DNA of 64,000 bases from contig CAVRJG010000044.1 in assembly GCA_963721455.1 (NCBI GenBank), forward strand, positions 32,001 to 96,000. Direction: 5' to 3'. This DNA comes from an uncultured Methanosarcinaceae archaeon. GTDB lineage: Archaea > Halobacteriota > Methanosarcinia > Methanosarcinales > Methanosarcinaceae. How positions within the stretch are numbered: position 1 is the first letter of the stretch; each line of letters begins with the position of its first letter. The notes beneath the pieces are model-generated. The model was not told where the DNA came from and did no database searches. It worked only from the letters and a program-made list of their open reading frames with translations. This document shows positions 1 to 10,826 of the stretch, piece by piece. The translations under genes and the position numbers were made by a program.

Positions 1-922
1 ATTCAAGATAATATCTTATGAGCCTGCCTTCAAGAGTAGTCAGAGAAATCGTATCCGGACCGGTAACGCCTGAAATAGCATCCCAGTACTTAGTCCTTTG
101 AAGTTCATTGACAAACTCTTCATACGGAAGAGCCGCCAGTTTCTCGGGCTTTAGCTCAAGACCGCCTTCAATCATGAGAGGCATGATGTCATCAAGCTTC
201 TCAACTCCTGCTTTTTTCAGCCTGAAAAGATTAGTCAAGTTCTTGACATCTACTTCCAGTTTGATGACCTTGACAAAGAGCTTGCGGTCCTTGGACTTTG
301 GTTCTCCGATTGATTCAAACAGACTTGAGTAATATGTTCTGTCAAGTTCATTTTCTATATCTGCCAGGTTAGTTCCGTCAAACTTCTGCAGCAGGGGGTA
401 ATACTCAGTATCTTTCAGGGCCTCGATGATTTCCTGATATGTGGCCTTGGCCGCAAGTTCTGACATGGAAGTGTAAGTAAACTCCCCGGCAGCAATCAGA
501 GATTCAAGGATATCTTCAACAGATGCGTTGTAGATTTTACCTCGTATGAGTGTTTTTATGTTCCAGATGTCATACTTTTTCAGGTATGCGACAACCAGGT
601 AGTTAAGTTCTCCAGAGGTGATTCTTGCCAACTTATCATAGGTAAGGGCAAGATTTCTGTTCAATGCATGTTCTGCCAGATCGCCACCTTTGTATTTCAT
701 TGCCAGTTCGTCGACGTCGTTTTTGTATTCAGACTCTTGGATAAAGCGGGTAATTTCATCAATCCCCATGTTTAGAAGTCGGGGGTACGACTCTTTAGGA
801 AGTAGCTTACTCTTCATCGCGCGGACACGGGTTACGGCATAAGCATAGTTAGAACTGCCTTTTATCTTCTTATCGGATTTTCGTGAGGGTTTTTGCCCCC
901 AGAGTCTCTCCAAAAGCCGCAT
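1..922 (-). CDS. atpC: A1A0 ATP synthase subunit C (runs off window start)
   Basis: Manual translation from ATG 922: MRLLERLWGQKPSRKSDKKIKGSSNYAYAVTRVRAMKSKLLPKESYPRL; position after subunit E in the aha operon. Confidence 0.92.
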   Translation of the reverse strand, partial: MRLLERLWGQKPSRKSDKKIKGSSNYAYAVTRVRAMKSKLLPKESYPRLLNMGIDEITRFIQESEYKNDVDELAMKYKGGDLAEHALNRNLALTYDKLARITSGELNYLVVAYLKKYDIWNIKTLIRGKIYNASVEDILESLIAAGEFTYTSMSELAAKATYQEIIEALKDTEYYPLLQKFDGTNLADIENELDRTYYSSLFESIGEPKSKDRKLFVKVIKLEVDVKNLTNLFRLKKAGVEKLDDIMPLMIEGGLELKPEKLAALPYEEFVNELQRTKYWDAISGVTGPDTISLTTLEGRLIRYYLE

Positions 923-928
923 CGAACA

Positions 929-1480
929 TCACCCGTATAAAATGTCAGATATCTGCTTCAATGAACGCTCATACACGTTTTTCAGGATTGAATCGTATGT
1001 GAAATCTAACCTGACTGTCCGGTCCTCATTTTCCAGAACAACGCCGCCGATGCAATCAATATTACCAGCATGTGTTAGTGAAGTCATTTTTTTAACGGTT
1101 TCTTCTGACGCCTTAGAAGAATAAATTCTAGCACCGCTAGCTTCATACTTGTTGATGATATATTTCAACAGTTCTTCTTTTTTGGATGCCGGCATTGACT
1201 TGATTGTTTCAATTGTCTGATCGTAAACTTTATCTAGAAGTTCCTTTCGTTTGTTAAGCGTAATTCTTTTTACTTCCAGGTTTGCACTTGATATAACCTG
1301 CTGGTGCAGATTTTGGAGGTCCTCTTCCGCCTTGGCAAGGCTGTCTCCGAGCATCTTCTTCTGTACTTCTTTAGCCTCATTTATGATCTCGGAGGCCTTT
1401 GCATCGCCTTCGGTTTTTATACGGGAAACCTCAGCTCTTGCACCCTCCTGGATGTCTTTTACAACGATATCTAGTCCCAT
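929..1480 (-). CDS. atpE: A1A0 ATP synthase subunit E
   Basis: MGLDIVVKDIQEGARAEV...GGVVLENEDRTVRLDFTY; GGAGGTG RBS before ATG 1480. Confidence 0.93.
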   Translation of the reverse strand: MGLDIVVKDIQEGARAEVSRIKTEGDAKASEIINEAKEVQKKMLGDSLAKAEEDLQNLHQQVISSANLEVKRITLNKRKELLDKVYDQTIETIKSMPASKKEELLKYIINKYEASGARIYSSKASEETVKKMTSLTHAGNIDCIGGVVLENEDRTVRLDFTYDSILKNVYERSLKQISDILYG

Positions 1481-1680
1481 GCTTACACCTCCAAATAAAT
1501 TTAGAGCAAAAAAGTGCTCTAAAGGCCTAGAGTAAAACTCTAAGCTGCTTAGAGTGCAACGATACCTAAGGGGGAACTTAGAGCAGTATAACCGCTCCAA
1601 GCCCGCCTGGCAAGGAAAAAACGCCCAAGTAAGCTTAAAGCACTGCTCTAAGAAATTTAAGAGCGTATATGCTCTTAAAT

Positions 1681-1926
1681 TTAAGCGGAATTGATAAGCA
1701 ATGCAACGACGAGACCGAAAATAACAATGGTTTCTGGAATGACAGTAAGAATCAGGCCCTTACCGAATAATCCTTCGTTTTCTGCCATTGCGCCGATTGC
1801 TGCGGTACCGATTTCTCTTTCAGCTATTGCTGATGCATACCCAGTTGTTGCGATTGCGATTGCTGCACCGAGTGCTTTCATTCCTGCTGCGTCCAGAAAC
1901 AAACCTGTAGTTGCTGCGTCTACCAT
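1681..1926 (-). CDS. atpK: A1A0 ATP synthase proteolipid subunit K (c)
   Basis: 81-aa two-helix protein with VIPETIVIFGLVVA carboxylate motif. Confidence 0.95.
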   Translation of the reverse strand: MVDAATTGLFLDAAGMKALGAAIAIATTGYASAIAEREIGTAAIGAMAENEGLFGKGLILTVIPETIVIFGLVVALLINSA

Positions 1927-1930
1927 GTTT

Positions 1931-3880
1931 TTATTCCTCCGTGTATTTTCTTATGTATCCGAATGGGTTGAATTTTTTGCCCCCGCCTTCATAGAATTTT
2001 CCGAAGAATTCTACATACTGCAACCTGAGTGCGTGCAGTCCGGGAGCGATAATACTCAAGACAGTGTTAAGACCATGTCCGAGTATAAATACGATTATTG
2101 CAGCTACTGCTGCGAAGCCGATCTTGGAGTGATCAGCCCAAATCATTCCGAAAGCAATATCATTGACCGTACCTGCGATGTAAATCGAAGACAGACCGAC
2201 TGCGATAATACGGGCATATGAGAGTGCATTACCCATAAGGGATGGCAACTCGATCGGACCTTTGATACCTTCACCCATGGTAAGCATCACGATTCCGAGA
2301 ACAAGAACACCAGCACCAACATAAGTGAGCACTGAATTGCCGCCAAAATAGCCTAGAGCTGCAATGACTGCACCAAGTTCGATAATGATCCAACTGCCTT
2401 TTTCAAGAACTGCATGTTTCATTCCGTGGTGCCTGGAGATGTTTGAAAATCCAAGCAAGAACCCGTAATTTAAATGAAGCAGTCCTACTAAGACACTTAC
2501 TCCAATCATAGTCATTACCATGTGAGTCCTGTGAATTGGGAAAGTAAATTCCTCGCCTCCGATACCCTCAAAGAGAGTGATAGTTTCCCAACCTGGAATC
2601 AGGCCTGGCAATACTCCATGCGCTGTATGCAGACTCGCGAGTGAGAATCCCAGGAACTCACCATAAATAACTCCAAAGATAAGTGTTGATATCTGACAAT
2701 AGATTAGAATATCCATGAGAGGCTTCACTGCATCTGACTTTACTGCCGTTCTGATAGCCAGCGCAATTGCTCCCAGTATCAATGCATATCCGATGTCTCC
2801 GAGAATCAGCCCATAGATCAGCGGGAAAGTAATAAAGATCGCTGAAGATGGATCAATTTCAGTATACTTGGGCCTGGAATACAGGTCCATGATCTGCTGC
2901 ATCGGTGCCACTATTTTAGAGTTATTGTATTCGACAGGGGTATGCTCTTCTTCCTCTTCATGAACTTCGAGGCTGGTAACGTATGCCTTGCCGTTAGTGG
3001 CACTGTTAACTATACCGACAACCTTATCATAATCTTCAGATGGAGTCCAGCCGTCGATTACAAATGCGTTTGCAGATGTAGCTATTCTAAGAGGCAGTTC
3101 TGCTTTCTGACTCTCGATGCTCAGGACCTCGTCGCTGGCAAGGATAAAATCGGCGTACTTGACTTTCAAGGAGTCGATCTCAGCCTTTAAGGATTCGATC
3201 CTCTTAGTGACTTCGGCTTCTTTTTGTTCGATAAATCTTAACAGCTCGCTTGGGACACCACCTCGTTCCGGAACTCTAAGTTCTTTGAATCCAAGACCCT
3301 GAAGTAATTCGTTGACTTTGTCGGCATCGTTTTTGGCTACAAACAGTACAACAGCTTTTGATTGAGGGTCAAAGTACAGTTCGTAAGCTTTGGTGATGCT
3401 TGAAATCTGACTTTCTTCCAGGCTGCCTTTAACATTGCCCGCGAAAACCTTGAGGCTCTCGTAGCCACGGTAATAATCGAAGTCAAGACTGATGGACAGA
3501 TAAGGCAGGATTTCCTTTTTCTGGGAATCCAGGTCTTTCAGTTCAATTTCAAGCTTGGAAATTGTTTCTGTTTTAGCAGAAATTGTCCTGTCCAATTCAT
3601 TCAGCTTCGAGTCGAGGTCGCGCAGAACAGAGTCAGCTTTCTGAACTACCGGTTTTTTGCTTTCAATCCCCAAATAATTGGCGATGGAGCGGATCTTCAC
3701 AAGCTTTTTCGAGGCTTCTTCTGCGTTAGTAAATGGCTTGCTGATCTTAAAACCAGACTCGTCTTCAACAAAATCTTCAATATGAAAGAGATTAGTATCA
3801 TGCAATGCATCGATGGTTTCTTTTAAAATGCTTTTGTGCCCGACAATGACAGCCCTTGTCATCTCCTTAGGTCTACTCAT
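1931..3880 (-). CDS. atpI: A1A0 ATP synthase subunit I (a)
   Basis: LSYARIIA and [20 protein letters not shown] motifs; start taken as MSRPKEM. Confidence 0.95.
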   Translation of the reverse strand: MSRPKEMTRAVIVGHKSILKETIDALHDTNLFHIEDFVEDESGFKISKPFTNAEEASKKLVKIRSIANYLGIESKKPVVQKADSVLRDLDSKLNELDRTISAKTETISKLEIELKDLDSQKKEILPYLSISLDFDYYRGYESLKVFAGNVKGSLEESQISSITKAYELYFDPQSKAVVLFVAKNDADKVNELLQGLGFKELRVPERGGVPSELLRFIEQKEAEVTKRIESLKAEIDSLKVKYADFILASDEVLSIESQKAELPLRIATSANAFVIDGWTPSEDYDKVVGIVNSATNGKAYVTSLEVHEEEEEHTPVEYNNSKIVAPMQQIMDLYSRPKYTEIDPSSAIFITFPLIYGLILGDIGYALILGAIALAIRTAVKSDAVKPLMDILIYCQISTLIFGVIYGEFLGFSLASLHTAHGVLPGLIPGWETITLFEGIGGEEFTFPIHRTHMVMTMIGVSVLVGLLHLNYGFLLGFSNISRHHGMKHAVLEKGSWIIIELGAVIAALGYFGGNSVLTYVGAGVLVLGIVMLTMGEGIKGPIELPSLMGNALSYARIIAVGLSSIYIAGTVNDIAFGMIWADHSKIGFAAVAAIIVFILGHGLNTVLSIIAPGLHALRLQYVEFFGKFYEGGGKKFNPFGYIRKYTEE

Positions 3881-4202
3881 TAAGGACCGCCCTCTCAAAC
3901 TCCTGTACAAGGTAATTGACGGATTTGTCTATGTTAGCTTGAGCTTTTTGGGACATGGCTAATGCGTTTTTTTCACCATCGTTGACGATCTTATCTCTTT
4001 CCTCCAGGATCTTTTTTTCACCTTCTTTAAAAGAGTCTTGTGCAGCTTTATGTGCATCGACATCGGCCTGTTTCAGGATTTCCCTGGCTTCGGCCCGAGC
4101 ATCGGAGATGCGCTTGTTTTTAGCGTCAATGGCACCGTCAACCATTGCCTTAGCGCTCTCTTCTGCTTTTTTTATTTCAGATAAGATTTCATTTTTAGCC
4201 AT
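3873..4202 (-). CDS. atpH: A1A0 ATP synthase subunit H
   Basis: Charged helical 109-aa protein at the head of the operon. Confidence 0.88.
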   Translation of the reverse strand: MAKNEILSEIKKAEESAKAMVDGAIDAKNKRISDARAEAREILKQADVDAHKAAQDSFKEGEKKILEERDKIVNDGEKNALAMSQKAQANIDKSVNYLVQEFERAVLNE

Positions 4203-4958
4203 GTGAATCTCCGTCTCTCAAAATTTAATATATAAATTAATAATTAAAAATCCCTACTCCAATGGAGGTAGTTAACAAATCCTTCGTGATAGAACTATAT
4301 AACAGCTTCGGTTTTATCAAGGAAGATATAAATTATTGTAATGAATGATCATTATATATAGAAGGTGTAAGAATTTTTTAAGAAAATGACTAATATAAAT
4401 AGCAAAATATTTGAATTAAATCCAAAAGATTAAATATAACAGTAAAAATTAATTAAATACAAACTGTAGAATATAATTAAGTGATGAGAAGTTGCCTGAA
4501 TACTATCAAAAAATAAATTGTAGAGCGTAACCCCAATTATCATGGATGAGATTTGTAAAATGGCCATAAAACTTATTAAATATAATTAAAAAAATATATA
4601 CTGTTGTTTTGCTGGAAAACATGTAAATTACTTTTTTTGTAAAAAGAAAGAATTTAAGAGCTATTTTAGGCAGGAAATAAGAGGAGTTCAGTTACCCCCC
4701 GCGCGAAAATTTTTCATCTGATAAGCCTAATTTTGAGGAATTTAACCTTGTTAAAAGTCAACTCTCTTAAAACAGACTCTTGCCTATTCTCCGATAGGAT
4801 ACAGACCCGGTATGCAGACTCTGGTATGCAACTTTCAGATTGGAACTCCAGTCCGTTTCCAGTTAAAAAAAGAGGTATTTTGAAAAAAAGCCCTGAAAAA
4901 TGGCTCATTCTGCAGGCCAATAATTAAAAAAATGGAATGAAAAATAACATAAAATTTG

Positions 4959-6137
4959 TTACTTAAGTCTGTAAGGAATTTTTGCGCCCTGAGGAATTGT
5001 ATGAATGTATTTCTTCCGGAAATCAGGGTTGCGCATCATACAATAGGCAGTATCCTTTTTATATTCGCTGTGCTTGCCCATACGCTTCCAGATAGCTTCC
5101 AGAGGTTCTTCACAAATATTTCCAAAGGAGAGTGGAGTATAGGCACAGGGCATCACTTCTCCGTCAGAAGCAACATGCATCCAGCGTCTGCCCGCAAAGC
5201 ACCCAAAAAGGCTGGGGCCCATAAAATATGGAAAAGCGGTGACTCTGGGACCTTCAGGTTTACAATTCATTGCTTTCTGGAATTTCTCAAGCCTGTATAC
5301 ATCTTTTTCCCCTATTACCTCATCCTCGTGGTCAAGCCAGCGGCCGACTGCAATGATTTCATAGATAGAGAGTTCGTGCATACCAAGATCAGCCGCAAGG
5401 TTGTAAAATTCCTCAAGATCATCGATATTATGAGGGGAAACAACCACAAACATATCGGTAAGGATTCCTGCAGCACTCGCATTCTTGATTCCAGCGACTG
5501 CATCCCTGTATGCACCACTTCTCCCCCGAATGCGGTCATGCTCCGCTTCGAAGGGGCTGTCCATGCTGATTCTTGAGGCATACAGGCCCGCGGCTTTAAG
5601 CTCCCTTGCCCTTTCTTCGGAAAGCCTGAATCCTGAGGTAAAACAGGTGGCAATTGCCCTGGATTTATCCACTCTGGCTACCATCTCAACGAGATCATCT
5701 CGGAGCATTGTCTCCCCGCCATCGAAAGAAACAAGGTAAGCACCAAGGTCCAGGCTCTGGTCCACAGCATTGGAAATCTCATCCAGGGTCAGTTCTTTCT
5801 CCGGTTTAATATCGGCTGCTCCGCAATGAATACAGCGGTTGGGACAGCGGGCAGTAATCCCTATTGAGAACTGATCCGGAACTCTTTTTTTCCTGATGGC
5901 TGCAATCTCAGCGCCTACTACCCGGCTGAAAACAGGCCCCGGAATAGGTGGGATCCATGTAGAGAAAATAATCTCATTCTCATTTATTGAGATTGGTTTT
6001 TCTTCCGCAAAGATATTATTTATGCGCTTCAGGAAGGGTTTTGCAAGCTGGGAAAGAGGACCTTCCGCATCGAGCACCATTTTTTCGTTTTCTGTACTGG
6101 CATTTACCTTAAGCACCGGACTATCATATACTCGCAT
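4959..6137 (-). CDS. Radical SAM protein with C-terminal SPASM/twitch-like Cys cluster
   Basis: CPNRCIHC motif; C-terminal CFAGRRW...GEVMPC...C. Confidence 0.88.
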   Translation of the reverse strand: MRVYDSPVLKVNASTENEKMVLDAEGPLSQLAKPFLKRINNIFAEEKPISINENEIIFSTWIPPIPGPVFSRVVGAEIAAIRKKRVPDQFSIGITARCPNRCIHCGAADIKPEKELTLDEISNAVDQSLDLGAYLVSFDGGETMLRDDLVEMVARVDKSRAIATCFTSGFRLSEERARELKAAGLYASRISMDSPFEAEHDRIRGRSGAYRDAVAGIKNASAAGILTDMFVVVSPHNIDDLEEFYNLAADLGMHELSIYEIIAVGRWLDHEDEVIGEKDVYRLEKFQKAMNCKPEGPRVTAFPYFMGPSLFGCFAGRRWMHVASDGEVMPCAYTPLSFGNICEEPLEAIWKRMGKHSEYKKDTAYCMMRNPDFRKKYIHTIPQGAKIPYRLK

Positions 6138-6275
6138 GGATACACCTGGCAAATTTAGTGGCAAAAGTTGAAAAACTTGTTACGTTAAATAAAAACTAAA
6201 TGATATCATTTTCCCATTTTATATACATGGGATTCGGCAGAATTCCAGTTCATTTTTAAGGAGGAGCTGAAAGTA

Positions 6276-7133
6276 TTAGACATTTTCAAGCATATCGACA
6301 GTTATATAATCGGTAATCTGGAAAAGCTTATCCCTTGCCGGACATGCTTTGAATGTCAGAAGGGTCTCTTTTGCGGCATTAACGTGCAGTTTTACTGCAT
6401 CTACAGACTTTTGTATTGCTTCTTCCTTTGACATGTCCTTCATGTAAACGTGCGGCAGAGTTTCAGATGTGAATTTTGATTCCTTGCCTTCGACCACTTC
6501 CAGAAATTCAAGAAGGTCGTCAACAATCTGGTATGCAGTTCCCAGGGAATTCCCAAAGACGTTAAAACGCCCGGCCAGGGCTTCATCAGCCCCTCCCGTA
6601 TATGCCCCTATGGAAGCACTGATCGCAAACAGAGAGGCCGTTTTCTTGTAAATGCACTCGAAATAGTTGCTTTCCCCTAAATTATCCTTATCAAGCCTCA
6701 GGTCAAGGACTTCTCCTTCAGCCATATCCATCGCGGCGTTTCCGAAATCCCGAACTACTCTTTCCCCATACGGAGAGATGAACTCAATGGACTTTGCAAT
6801 GAGATAGTCCCCACAAAGAAGCGCCTTCGACGGGCCAAATTTCTCAGGGGCGGAAGGCAGGTTTCTTCTGAGAAGTCCCTGATCCAGCAGGTCATCATGG
6901 ATGAGGGAAGCAGAATGCATCATTTCAATAGCGAGGGCTGCATCCAGGCTCTGATAATACGAGCCTGAGCAGATCTCACTGGACAGAAGGAGAATAATTG
7001 GTCTGATTCTCTTTCCTCCAGTATTACAGACATGTTCCACCATTTTTTTTAAGCTGGGTTCCTCCATTTGAGCAATGAAGGTATTTATCCCGAATTCAAC
7101 ATATCTGTATTCTTCCCACTCTTCAATATTCAT
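6276..7133 (-). CDS. Polyprenyl diphosphate synthase (likely geranylfarnesyl diphosphate synthase)
   Basis: GGKRIRP, LIHDDLLD and YQIVDD aspartate-rich motifs; location beside the aha operon. Confidence 0.88.
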   Translation of the reverse strand: MNIEEWEEYRYVEFGINTFIAQMEEPSLKKMVEHVCNTGGKRIRPIILLLSSEICSGSYYQSLDAALAIEMMHSASLIHDDLLDQGLLRRNLPSAPEKFGPSKALLCGDYLIAKSIEFISPYGERVVRDFGNAAMDMAEGEVLDLRLDKDNLGESNYFECIYKKTASLFAISASIGAYTGGADEALAGRFNVFGNSLGTAYQIVDDLLEFLEVVEGKESKFTSETLPHVYMKDMSKEEAIQKSVDAVKLHVNAAKETLLTFKACPARDKLFQITDYITVDMLENV

Positions 7134-7138
7134 CAATA

Positions 7139-7517
7139 TTACTCCATGTACTTGGGCAGGCATCAGGCATCAGGCAACGATCTTGTTCGCCTCAAACGTA
7201 GATTCAGAAACCCGGTTCCGATAATACTTATCTGTTTTCCTTCTGCAAGGTTGAAGGGAAGGTTGCCTGCATATTCTAAATGAACTTTCAATTTCTCATC
7301 GTTTTCGTCCCTGAGTTCAAAAACTGTCAGTTTGAGGGCTACCTCAAGGCTTCCATATTAATATTTCCCATCGAATTTACCTGTTGCCCGATATGGATCT
7401 GGGACCACATAGAAGTTCAGATAGTTCAAGACAACCATCCGAAGAGCCAATGCCATACAGGCCTATAAAGAATACGCCAGCAGTAAAAGAAAGTGCAAGC
7501 AGTGTATTCTTTTGCAT
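7139..7517 (-). pseudogene. ccmE: Archaeal ccmE (heme chaperone) pseudogene
   Basis: Stitched frames give an N-terminal TM segment (MQKNTLLALSFTAGVFFIGLYG), then ...HLEYAGNLPFNLAEGKQISIIGT.../VSESTFEANKIVA*C..(P)KYME*; several frameshifts and a 7-bp GCCTGAT duplication in the CxxxY motif. Confidence 0.78.
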
Positions 7518-8270
7518 TCGTCTAAAACTCCGTATAACGCGATCATTACATTAACTTTTTGTTAAGCTCTGAATATTTTATTAGCAACGAAAGGAGATAT
7601 GCAAAAATTAGGAGCCAGCCGATTGTAAACGCCAGAATAAGGAGTTCAATGTGAACCATCTCAGGATCAAACTATTTTTTCAGGCATCGCTTTGAATCCA
7701 GAGCGGATAAGAGGAGGATCTTTTAGAGAACTTAGATCCAGTCCTGTATAAGAGATATTTATCCCTTATCAGAGAAATAAATTGCCGGCAGAAAACAGGG
7801 TTATAAGAGATGCACCCTTAACAGTAAAAAATATTAGTATTAATATCGTCCTTGAGATGAAAAGATTATTTTTACAGTTATAGTGTTATATTCCTTCAAA
7901 TGTCAAACTGGAATATTTTCGAAGGATAGACACAGAAAAAAGGTATTTTTTTTTTGAAAAAGTAATAAAACAGAGGGAATTTCACAAAAATCCGCTTTTA
8001 ACAGGATTAAAAAATAATATTGTTGAAGGTATATTCAAAAAGTAATACTCGAGAATATATGTGTTAAAAAATCAGTTTTAAATGAAAAAGAGAGTTGACA
8101 ATATGATAAAATTTCCTATATAAAATTAATGTATATAACGAATGGAAGATAATCTTTGTATTGGAGATAATCTTTAGATCTTTGTAACTTCTGCACTCGT
8201 TACATCCAGATTGACATATTGATCATATCTAGCTCTAACCCCTCATTGTATAGTTTTGAACTGATTCTAC

Positions 8271-8388
8271 ACTAGCTCACCCAATTTCCATAATCACGAA
8301 AAACACGGACTGTGCAGAGAAACTTACTCCAGATTCCGCAACCCCGAAAAACATGGAAATCACGGAACTGTAATTTCGTGAATAAGTC
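8271..8388. mobile_element. Possible MITE / IS-end remnant
   Basis: Imperfect terminal inverted repeats ACTAGCTCACCCAATT ... AATTTCGTGAATAAGT. Confidence 0.4.
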
Positions 8389-8394
8389 CTTTCA

Positions 8395-8510
8395 GTTAGT
8401 CCTCTAGAGCGCAGCGAGAAGGACACCGTGCTGTTGCGATTACATCGCAACTCCCAGAAAATCTCCGATTTCCTGTGATCCCGAAGCGGAACTCGGGTGG
8501 CGCAACGATA
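8395..8510. repeat. Dispersed palindromic intergenic repeat (same family as 26418-26535)
   Basis: TTAGTCCTCTAGAGCGCAGCGAGAAGGACACCGT matches TTAGTCCTCTTGAGCGAAGCGAAAAGGACAGCGT at 26418; followed by CCCGAAGCGGAACTCGGG hairpin. Confidence 0.65.
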
Positions 8511-8559
8511 AGAGCGAAAAGAATATATATAACAAATACCACTAGATGTGTTACAGTTC

Positions 8560-8631
8560 GCGTTGATGGTCTAGTGGCTATGACTTGGGCCTTCCAAGCC
8601 CAAAACCCGGGTTCGAATCCCGGTCGGCGCA
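8560..8631 (+). tRNA. tRNA-Gly(TCC)
   Basis: Cloverleaf GCGTTGA...TCGGCGCA; anticodon arm TGGGC-CTTCCAA-GCCCA; GGTTCGAATCC T-loop. Confidence 0.95.
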
Positions 8632-8704
8632 TTTAATAGTTCTCAAATAAAAAATATAAGCTTTTCTTTTCTTATTTTTATATCAAATAAAAACCAACAT
8701 CAGT

Positions 8705-8789
8705 GCGAGGGTTGCCCAGCCAGGTCAAAGGCGATGGGCTTAGGACCCATTTTCGTAGGAATTCGTGCGTTCAAATCGCACCCCTCGCA
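8705..8789 (+). tRNA. tRNA-Leu(TAG)
   Basis: GCGAGGG...CCCTCGCA; anticodon arm ATGGG-CTTAGGA-CCCAT; long variable arm. Confidence 0.95.
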
Positions 8790-8944
8790 TTTATTTTACA
8801 GCATGCTTACCTCAAAATTTTCATTCCACTTTCCCCACTTTCTTTGCAACATCTGTCCGGTAAGTAACATCAATCTGGAGGAGAATTTCCAGTAGCAGAA
8901 AAATTAGTTCCAAATTATATGATTAAGCATTTATTTGTATAATT

Positions 8945-9075
8945 GAACTGACCCCATAACTCAAAATTGTTTCTCTGAATCTCGTATTCTGAATAATTAA
9001 TCAAGGTTTCTGATCATGAGAATTATTTCTGAAACTCTTACTGATTGAGAATAAAATTGTTTTTGGGATGAGCTC
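8945..9075. mobile_element. ~130-bp MITE (same family as 21348-21475)
   Basis: Degenerate TIRs GAACTGACCCCATAA ... TTTTGGGATGAGCTC; internal similarity to the 21348 copy. Confidence 0.6.
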
Positions 9076-9146
9076 TATTTATAAAAAATTATAAAAATTG
9101 CTCCTAAAATCAGAAATTCATCGAAATTATCCATTTTTACTTTTCA

Positions 9147-10697
9147 TCAAACCTTTTGAGAGACAGAAGTGCCTCTTTGTCCTGCAATATACCTCTCTGA
9201 ATCTGTGTATTCGATAAGTTTTCCATCCTCCAGTACGGATATTGAACCATGCCCACAGCAGACCAGGCATTTTTTACCTTTTTCGGCGAGTTCTCCGTCA
9301 ATCTCGGAGATGAGGGAAAGGAGGGCATTTCGCTCTTCCCGGGCAAGCTTGCTATCAACATTTACAGAGGTCATAAGGTAATCAGCCAGAACATTATATT
9401 CTGTCCTATCAGGGCTCAAGCTTCTGAAATTGATCACCGCGTCCTCAGGAAAAACCAGCCCCTCTTCAGGGCAGAGATAGAAAATTTCTCCATGCATATG
9501 TCCGCCCAGCCCTGCAAGGGCTTCAAAGTCAAGGCTTCCGATCTTAAATCGAGCAATGACAGGAAATGAACCTCGCTTTTCGATTGATTCGCCTGACCGG
9601 GAAATTTCGGGAAAGAGCACTATATTTGAAGGGGGAGTAAACCTGGAAAAAAGGTTAATTATCTTCGTATAAACCTCTTCCAGAATACAACCCTGGTTGC
9701 TGGATCCATAGGCTCTGCTGGTTTCCCGCGTAACCATAAAAGTTTCGCGATTAAGATAGGATGGGACCGGAAAACAGCCTGCAGCCCCACAGTGATCGGC
9801 ATCAGCGTGAGTAATATAAATCCTGCTAAGCCGGCTTAAATCCCCAAGCCCGTAATGCTGGAGCATATTCACGACGTCCTGGTAATAGATCCCATAACCG
9901 GTATCAATCATGACTCTTTCGGAAGGAGTATCGAAGAAATAGATATTTCCACCGCAGGGAAGCTGAAAACAGAAGAGCTCGGTATCGTCTTTTACTCTGA
10001 CCCTCTGTACATCAGCGTAAAAATTCTCTCCCGACGTCCGGTTAAGGCAATCGCCGACTTTCAGAATACTTTCGAAAACCTCGATAGGGTCTTTCCGAAG
10101 GTTCGAAAGTTCCTGAGCAATATGGTTAATATCTTGCAGGAACCTCATCAAAAAAGCATCTTCAGCACTTCCAATGAATGACCTGAGTCTCTGAGCCAAC
10201 CGAAGATAAAATACCGTATCGTCAAGTTTCTCCCCGGTAGTATCGTACTCCAGAATCTCGAGCCTGTAGCCGGACTTGAGCTGGTTCAGAAGGGCATCTA
10301 TCATGTCGGTATTTTCGATATTAAGGCCTACCACAAGCCTTTCAGGATGCTGTCCCCGGTCATCAAAATCAAGAAAAGTAATGTTTGCCGTCGACGAGGT
10401 TATAGAATTCAGGAAATCAAATAAAGCCCCTGGACGGTTCGGTAGATAGACATAGAACTTCAGGAAAGCTATGGGCTGCAGGAAAGTCTGGAAATAACCT
10501 ATTTTCTCCAGTTCTTCACGGATTTTTTCATAAGCCTGGGAAACAGCAGTCACCTCAAAAAAGACGGTATGCCTGTCGATCCTGCGGTCATACTGAATCC
10601 TGTTAATGTTTCCTTCGTGCCGCGTGATAATTTCGGCTGCCCTGTGCAATGCTCCGGGTCTGTCAGGCATGCAGGCAATAAAAGAGAACTGTTCCAT
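9147..10697 (-). CDS. ACT-domain / metallo-beta-lactamase-fold hydrolase fusion
   Basis: Two N-terminal ACT-like repeats (DRPGALH, NRPGALF); THADADHCG MBL-like motif. Confidence 0.85.
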   Translation of the reverse strand: MEQFSFIACMPDRPGALHRAAEIITRHEGNINRIQYDRRIDRHTVFFEVTAVSQAYEKIREELEKIGYFQTFLQPIAFLKFYVYLPNRPGALFDFLNSITSSTANITFLDFDDRGQHPERLVVGLNIENTDMIDALLNQLKSGYRLEILEYDTTGEKLDDTVFYLRLAQRLRSFIGSAEDAFLMRFLQDINHIAQELSNLRKDPIEVFESILKVGDCLNRTSGENFYADVQRVRVKDDTELFCFQLPCGGNIYFFDTPSERVMIDTGYGIYYQDVVNMLQHYGLGDLSRLSRIYITHADADHCGAAGCFPVPSYLNRETFMVTRETSRAYGSSNQGCILEEVYTKIINLFSRFTPPSNIVLFPEISRSGESIEKRGSFPVIARFKIGSLDFEALAGLGGHMHGEIFYLCPEEGLVFPEDAVINFRSLSPDRTEYNVLADYLMTSVNVDSKLAREERNALLSLISEIDGELAEKGKKCLVCCGHGSISVLEDGKLIEYTDSERYIAGQRGTSVSQKV

Positions 10698-10826
10698 TAG
10701 ACATCCCCTGATCAAATAAACCAATTTTTGATAAGTTCGATAATTTTGATAAGTTAGATAAAATCCTGTTTTACCTTAAGCTTTCCTGTTAGTACCAGAG
10801 AAAAAAGAGGTTTAAGACTGGAAGGT

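Noticed and set aside
929-1600. 223-aa extended atpE
   Set aside because: The extension runs through the palindromic intergenic region; the RBS supports ATG 1480.
4959-6137. Radical SAM/SPASM enzyme as maturase for the Cys-rich peptides
   Set aside because: It lies 8 kb away in core-looking context beside the prenyl synthase, and no RiPP recognition element was identified; action in trans is not excluded but is unsupported.
8396-8632. 78-aa ORF here and the 64-aa ORF at 23244-23438
   Set aside because: Both overlap tRNA genes and are spurious.
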